A stretch of 64,000 bases of DNA from Gammaproteobacteria bacterium (GTDB taxonomy: Bacteria > Pseudomonadota > Gammaproteobacteria > Eutrophobiales > Eutrophobiaceae), in NCBI GenBank assembly GCA_965222155.1, contig CBDCTH010000012.1, positions 416,001-480,000 on the forward strand. The letters are read 5' to 3'. A program made the translations under genes and the position numbers. Positions 1-9,738 of the stretch are shown here, piece by piece; position 1 is the first letter of the stretch; every line of letters starts with the position of its first letter. The notes beneath the pieces are model-generated. The model did no database searches. It was not told the DNA's origin and saw only the letters and a program-made list of their open reading frames with translations.

Positions 1-1863
1 AAAGGATTTGTGCAACTCTGTTTCTATCAGTGATTGCAGGGCTGCAAGGCGCGCGGAAACTTCTAGTCTGGCAACGGAATCGCCCGCTAATTCAGGATGC
101 TCGTCACTCACCCACTCCAACGCAAGTAATTCACGGGCCAATGGAACTATAGCCCATGATGCCATCGACATGCCGACCATACTGTCCCAGGGGGCATCAT
201 GGTCGGCTGTTTCACGACACAGTTTTGTTGCTTCTTCTTCGCTCTCACCCTCGGTGGGCACGGCAAGAATAAATTGGCCTATGGCCCCCTTCTCAGGCTG
301 GTAATGCTCAACAGTATCGCGGAGAGCACTGACCGGTATGATGTTCACCTCAAACCATCGCATTGCCCCGGTTTCGTGATAGTGCCGCTTGGCAAGAATG
401 GGCTGAATGCCCGCCAGTGATTTAAGTTCCTTGAAATCTATCTCATTAATATGCTCAAGCGCTGACCGTGTGGCTTGATCAATATCAAAATCACTTCCGG
501 CAAAAATAGCATGTGCGTCAAGGTACTTTTTGAAGATGGTGAATGACCAATTATTCAGCTTTGACAGGGCATTCCGGAGTTCTTGATCAGATTTTTTATG
601 GAAACAGGTTTTCAGTACGTTGAAGTTTGCAATAATCCCTGATCGTTCCTTGAATAAATCTATGATGGCAATGGTTTTTAGAAGCTTGATATGAATTTCA
701 TTACCGCCCTGGGATTCACATCGTTCAAGCGCCTCAGCAGCCAGCGCCCAGCGATGACCGTCCGGGGATGCCAGTATGGACGGCTCCAGGTTGGCTCGTA
801 GATAATCCCAGAGCATATCCGGTGTATATAACCTCTCATCTTCGGCATGTTTCAGGAAATCCTGAAACCCGAATAGCTCTGCCGAATTCAGAAAACCGAA
901 CAGACTGCGCTGATTCTGGCCGAAACGGCGGCGTGAAATAGGTCCGAGCAGACAGGTAACGACCGGATGCAAGGGCCAGCATTCTGAAAGTTTGGAAGCG
1001 AGCCGCTCAGTATCGGTCTTGTTGTTTTGCTGCGTAACCTTGGCGACATTAGTGCAAAGATCATCCATATTTTCAGGCTGGCAATCACTTTCGATTGCGC
1101 GGGAAATCAGTTCTATCTGTTCTTCACCCGTCGCATTGATCACCAGGTCGATGAAGCGCCCTTGTATCTTTGCCCATTCATCCCGTATTTCATGGGAAAG
1201 CCGGTGGGTATATTCCTCGAATGACTGGTGCAGTATGCCGATTACCAGCAAGCGCCCCTTGCTCCTTGATGCAGCTTCGGCAAGCTGTTGAAAGACGTAT
1301 ATATCAGTTCCGTTCCTGACTGCAGCCTCCAGGAATTTGCCCATCTCATCGATGAACAACACCACACCGCCATACTTATCAGGTTTGTATTCGGCGGCAT
1401 CTGTAAGCGCTTTTATCAGGTTGCTTTCACTCCACCCGCCGCGTGGACGGCGTCTTGCAACTCGTTCTCGTCTCACTGCTTCTCCGATAACCCTGACAGG
1501 GTCATCCCTAACACCGACTACCGGCACAACGCGCCATCCTTCAGTTCCCAAAGGTAGCGCTTCCCCGATGGTATCCGTCAATTCCTGTCCGAATACCTTC
1601 AACGCTTGTGCGCGTAAAGATGAGTTGCCGTTCAACAATGCGCTCAATGCAACGACCAAACTGGATTTCCCACTTCCATACGGGCCGGTCCATGTGAATG
1701 CTCCCTGTCCGGTTTCGGATACGTGGCGCGCCATGGTCATCAGGACGTCGCTGTATGATTGTGGACAAATAAAGCCTTCCAATGCTGAGCTTTCAGTCAG
1801 ATCAGTATCGATGCGTATTGATCTTAAGAAGCGGCGGGCGATGTGGACGTGTTCGTTCAGCAT
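1..1863 (-). CDS. sspC: SspC/BrxC-like large P-loop ATPase (partial, runs off window start)
   Basis: Not in the ORF track; translated by hand from the ATG at 1863, which overlaps the DUF4007 stop (TAATG): MLNEHVHIARRFLRSIRIDTD..., Walker A TGPYGSGKSS, Walker B LFIDEMGKFLE, ...ILHQSFEEY...EWAKIQGRF. Confidence 0.75.
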   Translation of the reverse strand, partial: MLNEHVHIARRFLRSIRIDTDLTESSALEGFICPQSYSDVLMTMARHVSETGQGAFTWTGPYGSGKSSLVVALSALLNGNSSLRAQALKVFGQELTDTIGEALPLGTEGWRVVPVVGVRDDPVRVIGEAVRRERVARRRPRGGWSESNLIKALTDAAEYKPDKYGGVVLFIDEMGKFLEAAVRNGTDIYVFQQLAEAASRSKGRLLVIGILHQSFEEYTHRLSHEIRDEWAKIQGRFIDLVINATGEEQIELISRAIESDCQPENMDDLCTNVAKVTQQNNKTDTERLASKLSECWPLHPVVTCLLGPISRRRFGQNQRSLFGFLNSAELFGFQDFLKHAEDERLYTPDMLWDYLRANLEPSILASPDGHRWALAAEALERCESQGGNEIHIKLLKTIAIIDLFKERSGIIANFNVLKTCFHKKSDQELRNALSKLNNWSFTIFKKYLDAHAIFAGSDFDIDQATRSALEHINEIDFKELKSLAGIQPILAKRHYHETGAMRWFEVNIIPVSALRDTVEHYQPEKGAIGQFILAVPTEGESEEEATKLCRETADHDAPWDSMVGMSMASWAIVPLARELLALEWVSDEHPELAGDSVARLEVSARLAALQSLIETELHKSF

Positions 1864-2834
1864 TACCAGCTTGTTCCCTCTACGGTTGAACTGTCATAAT
1901 CGGAAAACAGGTATAGGAGTTTGGTTTCTTCGTCAATATCGATACTACGAACCACCTGTTTCAAACCGGCGGACTCAGACCACCGCAATCTCCCATCCGT
2001 TATATCTTCAAGTACTGTCAAGCGATCGACTACGTCATTCTCTTCCAAGGCAAACACGCGCCCCGGCCCGCCAGGTTCATAGGCGATAGCTTCAAATGAC
2101 AATGTATTAGCGTCGGAGTAGTGCGACCAGAAATCCAATAGAGCATATACAAACACGCTGTCAGAAAGGGTTGCCTTGGGACCGCGCACAAAACGAAATC
2201 CGTCTTTTTCACCTATGGCTTTTATCAAACCTAATTCCGTCAAAGGGGATTCCAAGGCATCATCGTGTCCGGTTCTCCCCGTTGGTTGTCGTGCTGCATA
2301 GGTCCGGATAAAACAGGCTACATCATTTTTAATAGTCGTATTTGAGACGCGGGGCCAGGCGCGATCTTGTGCAAGGCGTCCGATTTTTTGCAAGAACAAG
2401 TTACGGGTAAATATAACTGCAGGGTAATGGCTGAAAGCCCAAAACCAGGTTGTTTTCCTAGCTTGGGCAGCTAACTTCCAATGAATCAGCCAGAGTGTTG
2501 CGGGGTGTTCCATATATGGGTCGTGTCCTTTTATCCCGTTGTTTCCAAAAAGCTTTTTCCCAAGTATTGTCGTATGAACTGAATCTTCCTTATCAGACTC
2601 CTCAATAATACCACAGCTTGTTGCCCAATGGCGTATGGAGGCAACCATATTTTTTCCAACACCGTATCGTGCGATGGCGTCGTCACCCCAACACAGGGAT
2701 TTATTATCAGGGGTATCCTCGGTTTCAGCTACGCGATCAAATGCCTTTTTCAGCCATCCGTAGCGTAGTGGGAATGTCTCATGCCCCGAGAAATGTGGGC
2801 GATAATTCTGTTCATAGAGCGGTCTATGTGGCAT
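1863..2834 (-). CDS. sspB: DUF4007 family protein (SspB-like nickase)
   Basis: FSGHETFPLRYGWLKK, GVGKNMVASIRHW and DPYMEHPATLWLIHW are DUF4007 signatures. Confidence 0.85.
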   Translation of the reverse strand: MPHRPLYEQNYRPHFSGHETFPLRYGWLKKAFDRVAETEDTPDNKSLCWGDDAIARYGVGKNMVASIRHWATSCGIIEESDKEDSVHTTILGKKLFGNNGIKGHDPYMEHPATLWLIHWKLAAQARKTTWFWAFSHYPAVIFTRNLFLQKIGRLAQDRAWPRVSNTTIKNDVACFIRTYAARQPTGRTGHDDALESPLTELGLIKAIGEKDGFRFVRGPKATLSDSVFVYALLDFWSHYSDANTLSFEAIAYEPGGPGRVFALEENDVVDRLTVLEDITDGRLRWSESAGLKQVVRSIDIDEETKLLYLFSDYDSSTVEGTSW

Positions 2835-3010
2835 CGTTACGCGTCCTGTGTGATATAAAATGTTTTCCCTTCCTGGAGATGTCCTCCAGTTCGATTTTAA
2901 TGTAAAGGATATGCTATAGTCAATCTGTTTGTGAAAGTTATTTCCGTATTTTGGCTATGGCGTCGAGGATGTGTCTGACATAGAATTTATATTCTATCTG
3001 ATTGAATTAA

Positions 3011-4216
3011 ATGAGGATTTCAGAAACCATCTATTTGGACCATCAGGCGACAACACCTGTCGATCAGCAGGTTTTAGACAGAATGCTGCCTTATTTCAGG
3101 GAATCGTTCGGCAACCCCCATTCTGCAGACCATAGTCTCGGTTGGAAAAGTTCGCTTGCCGTGGAGCAGGCGGCAGCGCAAGTCGCAGATTTGATTGGTG
3201 CTGATGCCGATGAGATCATTTTCACGTCAGGCGCCACTGAAGCTAACAACATGGCACTGCTTGGACTTGCCCGTCATGGACGTTCTGATAGTAAGCGAAG
3301 ACTGTTTATTCTCAGTGATATTGAACACAAGTGTGTGCTTGCTGCCGGACGTGTTATTGCTGAACGACTTGGTTTTTCTGTAGAGCATCTCCCTGTCGAT
3401 GATGAGGGCCGGATCCTGTTGCCGTCATTAGAAGATGCCTTGAATGATGACGTGCTTGCCGTTTCCGTCATGGCTGTAAATAATGAAATCGGTACGATAC
3501 AAGAGATCAGTAATATATCCGAACTCGCCAGAAAAGCAGGCGCTATATTCCATTGCGATGCTGCCCAGGCCCCCGTTTCCATGGATTTACGGGAAATTGT
3601 AAAGCATGTAGATCTGTTGAGTCTTTCCGCCCACAAGATGTACGGTCCGAAAGGGATTGGCGCGCTCTACATTCGTCGTGAGTTACAGGATGATTTAGAA
3701 CCGCTTATCTACGGCGGCGGACAACAGGGTGGGTTGCGTTCAGGTACTGTTCCTACTCCTTTATGTGTAGGCATGGGTGCTGCAGCTGAACTTTTGAGTG
3801 GAAACGAAGCGAGACAGAAACGCGAGATTTTACGTCAACGACGAGACCGCTTTGTTGAAAAATTAACAGGTTTGCCGTGGCCCACGCGCTTGAATGGTCG
3901 TGCGGGGGAATACCGTCATCCCGGCAATGCCAATATCTGTTTCAATGGTTTCTCGGCCCAGGATATTTTACAGGTGCTTCAACCCCATCTTGCCGCGTCA
4001 ACCGGGTCTGCGTGTACATCAGGTATTCCTGAGCCGTCTCACGTTCTCAAAGCCATTGGTTTGACCCATGAAGATGCTGAAGCATCCATACGTTTCAGTC
4101 TTGGTTTCGATACAAGTGACGAAGATATTGATGAAGCCGTGAACTTGATAGACAATGCGCTTAACAGACTTTCAACTATGCAGATCAGTGTTTCAGCGGC
4201 AGGCGGCACCGGTTAG
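3011..4216 (+). CDS. IscS-like cysteine desulfurase (SspA/DndA role)
   Basis: IYLDHQATTP, FTSGATEANN, SAHKMYGPKGIG and STGSACTSG motifs; divergent from the DUF4007 gene. Confidence 0.9.
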   Translation: MRISETIYLDHQATTPVDQQVLDRMLPYFRESFGNPHSADHSLGWKSSLAVEQAAAQVADLIGADADEIIFTSGATEANNMALLGLARHGRSDSKRRLFILSDIEHKCVLAAGRVIAERLGFSVEHLPVDDEGRILLPSLEDALNDDVLAVSVMAVNNEIGTIQEISNISELARKAGAIFHCDAAQAPVSMDLREIVKHVDLLSLSAHKMYGPKGIGALYIRRELQDDLEPLIYGGGQQGGLRSGTVPTPLCVGMGAAAELLSGNEARQKREILRQRRDRFVEKLTGLPWPTRLNGRAGEYRHPGNANICFNGFSAQDILQVLQPHLAASTGSACTSGIPEPSHVLKAIGLTHEDAEASIRFSLGFDTSDEDIDEAVNLIDNALNRLSTMQISVSAAGGTG

Positions 4217-4231
4217 AGGATGATTGCCATT

Positions 4232-4258
4232 CTGGATTCCGGCTTCCGCCGGAATGAC
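4232..4258. repeat. REP-like palindrome CTGGATTCCGGC..GCCGGAATGAC (related copy at 4785-4811)
   Basis: Imperfect hairpins on both sides of gloA. Confidence 0.6.
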
Positions 4259-4292
4259 GCAAAATAAATAACCCCGATTAAGGAGAAAACCA

Positions 4293-4739
4293 ATGCGATA
4301 TCTACATACCATGCTCCGGGTCTCCGACTTGGACAAGACCATGTCTTTTTTCTGTGGCGTCATGGGCATGCAGGAAGTGCGACGCATGGAAAGCGAGAAG
4401 GGTCGTTTTACCCTGGTATTCCTGGCTGCATCCGGTGACGTGGACGGGATGGAAGGGCCGGGCCAGCCGGCGCCGGTGCTGGAGTTGACCCATAACTGGG
4501 ACCCGGAGGAATACACCGGCGGGCGTAATTTCGGTCATGTCGCTTTTGAGGTGGATGATATTTATGCCACATGTCAGAAGATTGCGGACAGCGGCGTGAC
4601 CATCAACCGGCCGCCGCGTGACGGCCACATGGCATTCCTGCGTACGCCGGATAATATCTCCATTGAGTTGTTGCAGAAGGGCGGGGCGCGGCCGCCGCAG
4701 GAGCCCTGGGCGTCTGCGGAGAATATAGGTGTGTGGTAG
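4293..4739 (+). CDS. gloA: Lactoylglutathione lyase (glyoxalase I)
   Basis: [27 protein letters not shown] and [10 protein letters not shown] motifs. Confidence 0.9.
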   Translation: MRYLHTMLRVSDLDKTMSFFCGVMGMQEVRRMESEKGRFTLVFLAASGDVDGMEGPGQPAPVLELTHNWDPEEYTGGRNFGHVAFEVDDIYATCQKIADSGVTINRPPRDGHMAFLRTPDNISIELLQKGGARPPQEPWASAENIGVW

Positions 4740-4825
4740 TCGACCGTCTTGTAATAAGGAGCCGTTTTGCGGCATGTTGTTCTACTGGATTCCTGCATTC
4801 GCAGGAATGGCGATTGGGGCGCCAG

Positions 4826-6316
4826 TTATTTCGTCAGTTTCTGATCCAGTAGCAGGTTCAGGGTAAAGCGCACCCCGAAGCCCGTGGTGTCGGTGGGGAT
4901 ATGGGCCAGGCCGCCCTTGTTGTTGCCGGCGGAGAGGTCCACGTGTATCCACGGGCAGTCGTGCTTGACGAACCGTTGCAGGAAGCGCGCTCCGAGGATA
5001 TGGTCCACGCCGGGGTCGCTGCTGCACTGCTTGGTATCGGCAAACTTGCTTTCCAGCGGCTCGTCATAGTCCTCATCCATGGGGAATGGCCAGACCCGCT
5101 CGCCGCTGTCCACGCCTGCCTTGACCATCCGGGGCAGAAACTCTTCCTGGTTGGTAAATACGCCGCTGTAGGTCTTGCCGATGGCGTAGACGCAGGCGCC
5201 GGTCAGGGTGGCGTAGTCGATGATCAGTTTCGGGCGGCAGCGGGAGGCCAGCACCAGTGTGTCTGCCAGCACCATCCTGCCTTCGGCGTCTGTGTGGACG
5301 ATCTCGATGGTGGTGCCGTCAACGGCGGTGACGATATCGCCGGGGTTGTAGGCGTCCGGGCCGATATGGTTGGTGCAGATTGCCAGCCAGCATTCAACGG
5401 GAAATTGGACCTTGAGCCGGGTCAAGGCCGTCAGGGCGCCTAACGCGACCGCGCTGCCTTCCATGTCCTCGTGCATTCCCATCATGTAGTTGTGGGGTTT
5501 CAGGTTGACGCCGCCGGTGTCGAAACAGATGCCCTTGCCCACCAGGGTCAGTGTATCTGTAGATTTCGGTTCGTCGGGCACATAACGCAGGCGCAGGATG
5601 CCGCCGTCCTTGTGCGGGCTGCCCTGGGCGACGGCCAGGAACGCGCCGGCCTTTTTCTTCTCCAGTTGGGCGATGCTGAAGAACTGGCTTTTCCAGCCGT
5701 ATTCTTTGGTCAGCCCGGCGATGCGCTTGCGATACAGGGCCGGGGTGAGTTCATTCTGGGGCAGGGCGGTCAGGTAGCGCGCCAGGGCGTTGCCCTCGTC
5801 TTCGGCGAAGGTGCGCTCGAACCCGTATTTTTCCGGTACGCCGAACAGGTGGATCTGTTTGAGCCTGTTGCGGTTTTTGCGCTTGCTGTGAAAGTCAGGC
5901 ATGTCTGCATCAGCCGCCAGGGCCGCCGCCAATAGGGCCTCCGCCACCCGCGCGGACTTTTTCGTGGTAAAGCCGATAACGGCGATGCCCAGTTCCCTCG
6001 CCTGGTAGTCATGATGGCCGTCGACCAGCTTGCGCGCCAGGGTGAGCAGTTCGAACGCGGACTGGTCGGGCTTGATGGTGGAGAGCGCGACGCGCCCGGC
6101 CTTGTCGTTGGGTAAATCGGTGAGCAGCAGTGGTGGGTTGTCAGCATCGTCTTGCTGCAGCCGCTTATGGCGTTTTTGCAGGACGTCGCGGTAGGGAAAT
6201 GACGGCCATCTACCCTTTGCCCCTGGTTCCTTGACGACGATTATCCAGTGTTCAAGGGCATCGAACCGGGTTGAGTCCGGCAGTTCTCCGAATTGTTGCA
6301 ATTGTGTCTGTTTCAT
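4826..6316 (-). CDS. M17 leucyl aminopeptidase family protein
   Basis: VGKGICFDTGG, HTDAEGRMVLAD and ATLTGA motifs. Confidence 0.92.
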   Translation of the reverse strand: MKQTQLQQFGELPDSTRFDALEHWIIVVKEPGAKGRWPSFPYRDVLQKRHKRLQQDDADNPPLLLTDLPNDKAGRVALSTIKPDQSAFELLTLARKLVDGHHDYQARELGIAVIGFTTKKSARVAEALLAAALAADADMPDFHSKRKNRNRLKQIHLFGVPEKYGFERTFAEDEGNALARYLTALPQNELTPALYRKRIAGLTKEYGWKSQFFSIAQLEKKKAGAFLAVAQGSPHKDGGILRLRYVPDEPKSTDTLTLVGKGICFDTGGVNLKPHNYMMGMHEDMEGSAVALGALTALTRLKVQFPVECWLAICTNHIGPDAYNPGDIVTAVDGTTIEIVHTDAEGRMVLADTLVLASRCRPKLIIDYATLTGACVYAIGKTYSGVFTNQEEFLPRMVKAGVDSGERVWPFPMDEDYDEPLESKFADTKQCSSDPGVDHILGARFLQRFVKHDCPWIHVDLSAGNNKGGLAHIPTDTTGFGVRFTLNLLLDQKLTK

Positions 6317-6395
6317 GCCTCGCCAATATATCAGGAAGCGGGTAAAAAAGGGAAAGCTTTACAGGGCAACCATACTTTCTCTCAGAGGGGATAAA

Positions 6396-6420
6396 GGGGA
6401 CAGATTTGAAATCTGTCCCC
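6396..6420. repeat. REP-like palindrome GGGGAC(A/G)GA..TC(T/C)GTCCCC; other copies at 7198-7221, 7583-7607, 10746-10770, 15295-15319, 31393-31417
   Basis: Six near-identical hairpins of about 25 bp read directly. Confidence 0.8.
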
Positions 6421-6436
6421 GGCGGCCCGGAAAGCA

Positions 6437-6492
6437 AATTTGGGACACCCATAAATTTAAAATGCTCGTGTAATTTATGGGTGTCCCAAATT
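6437..6492. repeat. REP-like inverted repeat GGGACACCCATAAAT...ATTTATGGGTGTCCC; half copies near 31141, 31167, 50891, 51481
   Basis: Inverted pair read directly. Confidence 0.7.
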
Positions 6493-6686
6493 GAGCAGGC
6501 TCACAGTTCTACGGGGTAGAATCCAAAAGTATGATCTTGCCCAAGGAAAACCTGGAAAAAAGCGCTGAAATGTCAGTCTCGATCGGCTACACTTGATAGT
6601 GAGTAAACGGGCGACCCGGATTTATCCGGGTCGCCCGGATAGTTGCGGATTGCCTACCCTTGAAACTAACTCTTGAGGTAGCGATC

Positions 6687-7058
6687 ATGAGCGTTGATTA
6701 TCAACTCATTGCTGGTATTGACTCTGCTGTTAAGGCAGAGAAAAGTGAAGATGGCTGGTATACGATAGTCAGGGACGGCGAAGTCCAATTGGGTGAACTG
6801 GTTACCGACAAGTACCGGAACCTGACCTTTAAGGTCACAGGCTTTGGTGCCCCCTTCTACGTTGCCGAAGTCCGTATCGAGGATGCGGGGGAAGGCTATT
6901 ACTCTTCTGTCATTATTGACTACCATGAGGCGGTCAATAATTTCGACAGGTACGAAAAAATAGCTGTCTGTCAGGCATTCCTGGAACCGGTGCGTCACCT
7001 TCGCCGCGTCCAACCGCAACGCGACATGCCTGTCGCGCTTGCAGCAGGTTGGAGCTGA
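6687..7058 (+). CDS. Hypothetical protein
   Basis: ORF with GAGGT RBS before the ATG at 6687, followed by an intrinsic terminator. Confidence 0.6.
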   Translation: MSVDYQLIAGIDSAVKAEKSEDGWYTIVRDGEVQLGELVTDKYRNLTFKVTGFGAPFYVAEVRIEDAGEGYYSSVIIDYHEAVNNFDRYEKIAVCQAFLEPVRHLRRVQPQRDMPVALAAGWS

Positions 7059-7065
7059 CCGGCGG

Positions 7066-7094
7066 AAAAGGCGATCTCTCGATCGCCTTTTTTT
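7066..7094 (+). terminator. Rho-independent terminator
   Basis: AAAAGGCGATC-tctc-GATCGCCTTTTTTT. Confidence 0.8.
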
Positions 7095-7268
7095 ATGCCG
7101 GAAGCGTTATTTTGCGCTATTCTTTGACTGTTGTAGAAGCAGGTGCTCCCGTTAAATCGGGGTCAATACAGTGATTCTTGCCGGATTCGAAGACAGCGGG
7201 GACAGATTTAAATCTGTCCCCCAGGAGTTAGCGGGAACGGCTGTTGTAGAAGTGTAGGAGTATAGGAA

Positions 7269-7628
7269 ATGAAACGGATATGTTACGTTATGTTTTTGCT
7301 GTTGATCCTGGTCCAGGGACGGGTGGTTTCCGGAGCTGACCTGTTGACGGGTGTTACGCGCCTGTCCTGTGAAGCCCTGCTTTGCCTGTCCTCGCCAGCG
7401 CGTCCCGCGGCCTGCAATGCAGCACTGTCATATTATTTTGCCATCAAGAAATTCACTTGGCCGGCGACGTTTGCAGCCAGGGTGAGGTTCCTGAACAAGT
7501 GTCCGACGGGTTCGCCGGAACTGGCCCGGTCGGTGGCTGACAAGGCCCCGCGGAGATGGGAGGCCGCACCGGGGACCATCCCGGGGACAGACCTGAGGTC
7601 TGTCCCCAGATACTTGGGGTCAGAGTAA
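7269..7628 (+). CDS. TrbM/KikA family conjugal transfer protein
   Basis: Signal peptide, then LTGVTRLSCEALLCLSS..P..C...L..YF.I........AR..FLNKCP, the TrbM cysteine pattern. The C-terminus runs through REP sequence. Confidence 0.75.
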   Translation: MKRICYVMFLLLILVQGRVVSGADLLTGVTRLSCEALLCLSSPARPAACNAALSYYFAIKKFTWPATFAARVRFLNKCPTGSPELARSVADKAPRRWEAAPGTIPGTDLRSVPRYLGSE

Positions 7629-7685
7629 AAATATGTAACAAGAGCTGGAAACGCCTGCCAATAACTGTATTTTTACTCTGACCCC
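7616..7685. repeat. REP-like inverted repeat GGGGTCAGAGTAAAA...TTTTACTCTGACCCC; other copies at 31445-31543, 60890-60975, 61781-61833
   Basis: Conserved arms with variable spacers. Confidence 0.8.
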
Positions 7686-7691
7686 GAATAT

Positions 7692-9347
7692 TTAGTCCAG
7701 GTAAGCAGGCTCCACGGTTACCCAGGATGTATGGATGATTTCGGCCAGTCTGCCCGGCATCTTTGCCATGGCCACCCTGGAAGGCAGCATCATCAGGGTA
7801 TTCGGGTGGATGTAATACACCTCTTCCTGGGTGATCAGGTTTCTCTCAGCGTATACCTCGCCGCCGGCTTTGTTGATATCCACGTTCATGCGGTAGCGGC
7901 TGGCCTGTTTCGTGCCGCTTTGCTGGGCGGCGTATTCGGCGGTTTCAAAGTCAGTGGGCTGGTAATACAGAGACATCTTGCAGTTGTTCTCAACGCTGAA
8001 CTCCAAGGCTTCAACGTTGACCAGCCGCCTGTTGACGGATTTCAGGTCTCCCAGGCTCTGGTAAGCAATGGCGATATGGCAATCAAACCCGGTGATTGTC
8101 GCCAGCATGTCTCCAAGGATATCGGTGGCGAGGAATTTCACCTCGTCTATGCCGATGAACAGGTGGCTGTTGCGCTCACGGCGCCGGTACATACGCGTCG
8201 TGGCCTGTAACAGGCATAACAGGAACACCTGGGTGGCACGTTTGACTACCGGATCGGTGGCAGACGAACGCACGTAGAGGACGGCGTTTTCCCGCAGCAC
8301 GCGCTCTATATCGACCCCCTTGCTGCGTCCCGGCTTCAGCGCGGACAAAGCCAGCATCTCCCGGGTCAGGTTGGTGACGGTGGGTGGGGGTTTCGCCGAG
8401 TCCCTGAGCAGTTTCGGCAAATCGATCAGTTCCTTATTCCACTTGTCGAAAACTGATTCCAGGAATTCCCGCTCACCTATCTTGTAGAAATCCGCAGTGT
8501 CGCCTCTTTCTGCGAGGTTATAGGCCTGCATCAGCCGGGTTTTGATTTCCCGGTCGGTGCCGGTCCTGAACGGCGACCATTTTCCCGGCAATTCACCGTT
8601 GAAATCGACGGTTACCAGTCGCCTGCCGGTTTCTTCGCAGGCTTTTTTCATGATCCCCAATGCGTGCCTGTCCGGCTTCACGTCAAAGAAAACCGTACAA
8701 AACCCCTGGCGTACGGACTGGTCCAGTTGTACGCCGAACAATATACCCTTGCCGGTCTGGGTGGCGCCCACCATCCGCTGGTTCCAGTTTTTCCAGTCTT
8801 CCATTGCGACGTACAGGGGTTTGTCGTCCTGGTGCAATCCGATAAACATTTTCCCGGCCTTGTAGTATTTCCCGGGCCGAAACTTCTTTTCCCGGTAGCG
8901 ATCGGCCTCGGTCCGTATATCGGAAACCTGGTCGCCTCGCTGCGATACCCGCCTGAATATGTACCAGGACGAGAAGCGCGGGTACAGGTAGCGCAGGAAA
9001 ACGATCCGGGTCAGCAGTCCGGCAAGCAGGCCGCCGGTTATCAGTCCCCACATCCTCCCGGCCTGGCTGATGATGACTATGTCCACAATATTATTGGCAG
9101 CCGTGATACTGCCTGTGACGCTTGTCGCCAGGAACCACAGGATTAACGGGAAACCCGGGAACAGAACAAGGAACATGAGCAACAGGAGCCGCCGCGCGTG
9201 CATTAAAAAGTGCTCTCCCGCGGTCAACTCCCTGTCCGATGCGAGCGGGAAGAAGCCGATGACGGTATTCGTGTAAAGAAGGGCGGTAAAACACAGCCAG
9301 AACCAGGGGTCGCTCCAGCTTGCCAGTCGGGACAGCAGATCATCCAT
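7692..9347 (-). CDS. Type IV coupling protein (VirD4/TraD-like)
   Basis: N-terminal TM helices, Walker A GATQTGKG, Walker B FIGIDE, AYQSLGDL, and TAEYAAQQSGT typical of T4CP C-domains. Confidence 0.8.
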   Translation of the reverse strand: MDDLLSRLASWSDPWFWLCFTALLYTNTVIGFFPLASDRELTAGEHFLMHARRLLLLMFLVLFPGFPLILWFLATSVTGSITAANNIVDIVIISQAGRMWGLITGGLLAGLLTRIVFLRYLYPRFSSWYIFRRVSQRGDQVSDIRTEADRYREKKFRPGKYYKAGKMFIGLHQDDKPLYVAMEDWKNWNQRMVGATQTGKGILFGVQLDQSVRQGFCTVFFDVKPDRHALGIMKKACEETGRRLVTVDFNGELPGKWSPFRTGTDREIKTRLMQAYNLAERGDTADFYKIGEREFLESVFDKWNKELIDLPKLLRDSAKPPPTVTNLTREMLALSALKPGRSKGVDIERVLRENAVLYVRSSATDPVVKRATQVFLLCLLQATTRMYRRRERNSHLFIGIDEVKFLATDILGDMLATITGFDCHIAIAYQSLGDLKSVNRRLVNVEALEFSVENNCKMSLYYQPTDFETAEYAAQQSGTKQASRYRMNVDINKAGGEVYAERNLITQEEVYYIHPNTLMMLPSRVAMAKMPGRLAEIIHTSWVTVEPAYLD

Positions 9348-9738
9348 ATTCCTTTTAGTCAGCGCAGTGTGAACGCCGACCTCCTCATATTATTTCCATC
9401 ACTTTTGAATACTACCAGAAAATTGGAAAATGAGCAGGGCAAACGCATACTCTGTAACCTTATCGCCCGGGACCCATCGCCATTTCCGTGGAAGCAGGCA
9501 TCCATTCAACAAAACAATTCCTTTAAAACTACATTTTGCCCCCAAAATGGCCCTTTTAAGCTCATTTATAGCCCCGTTTTAGTATTTATACATAATACAA
9601 TCAATGGGTTACCAGGGTTATACTGGTCCGACCCTATCCGCCTATCCGTTATTATGTTAGAATAGTGGGGTAACGGTTCCCGGGCTTTCTGCAGCGGGGG
9701 CTGTCGTGGACAATTACGGATATGGATAAAGGATCATC

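Noticed and set aside
8-2089. Plus-strand ORFs in the ORF track over 1-2.1 kb
   Set aside because: They are shadows of the minus-strand ATPase, which the track missed because it runs off the window.
9348-9738. oriT between the coupling protein and VirB11 genes
   Set aside because: No recognisable nic motif; part of the interval matches the RAYT-type element end instead.
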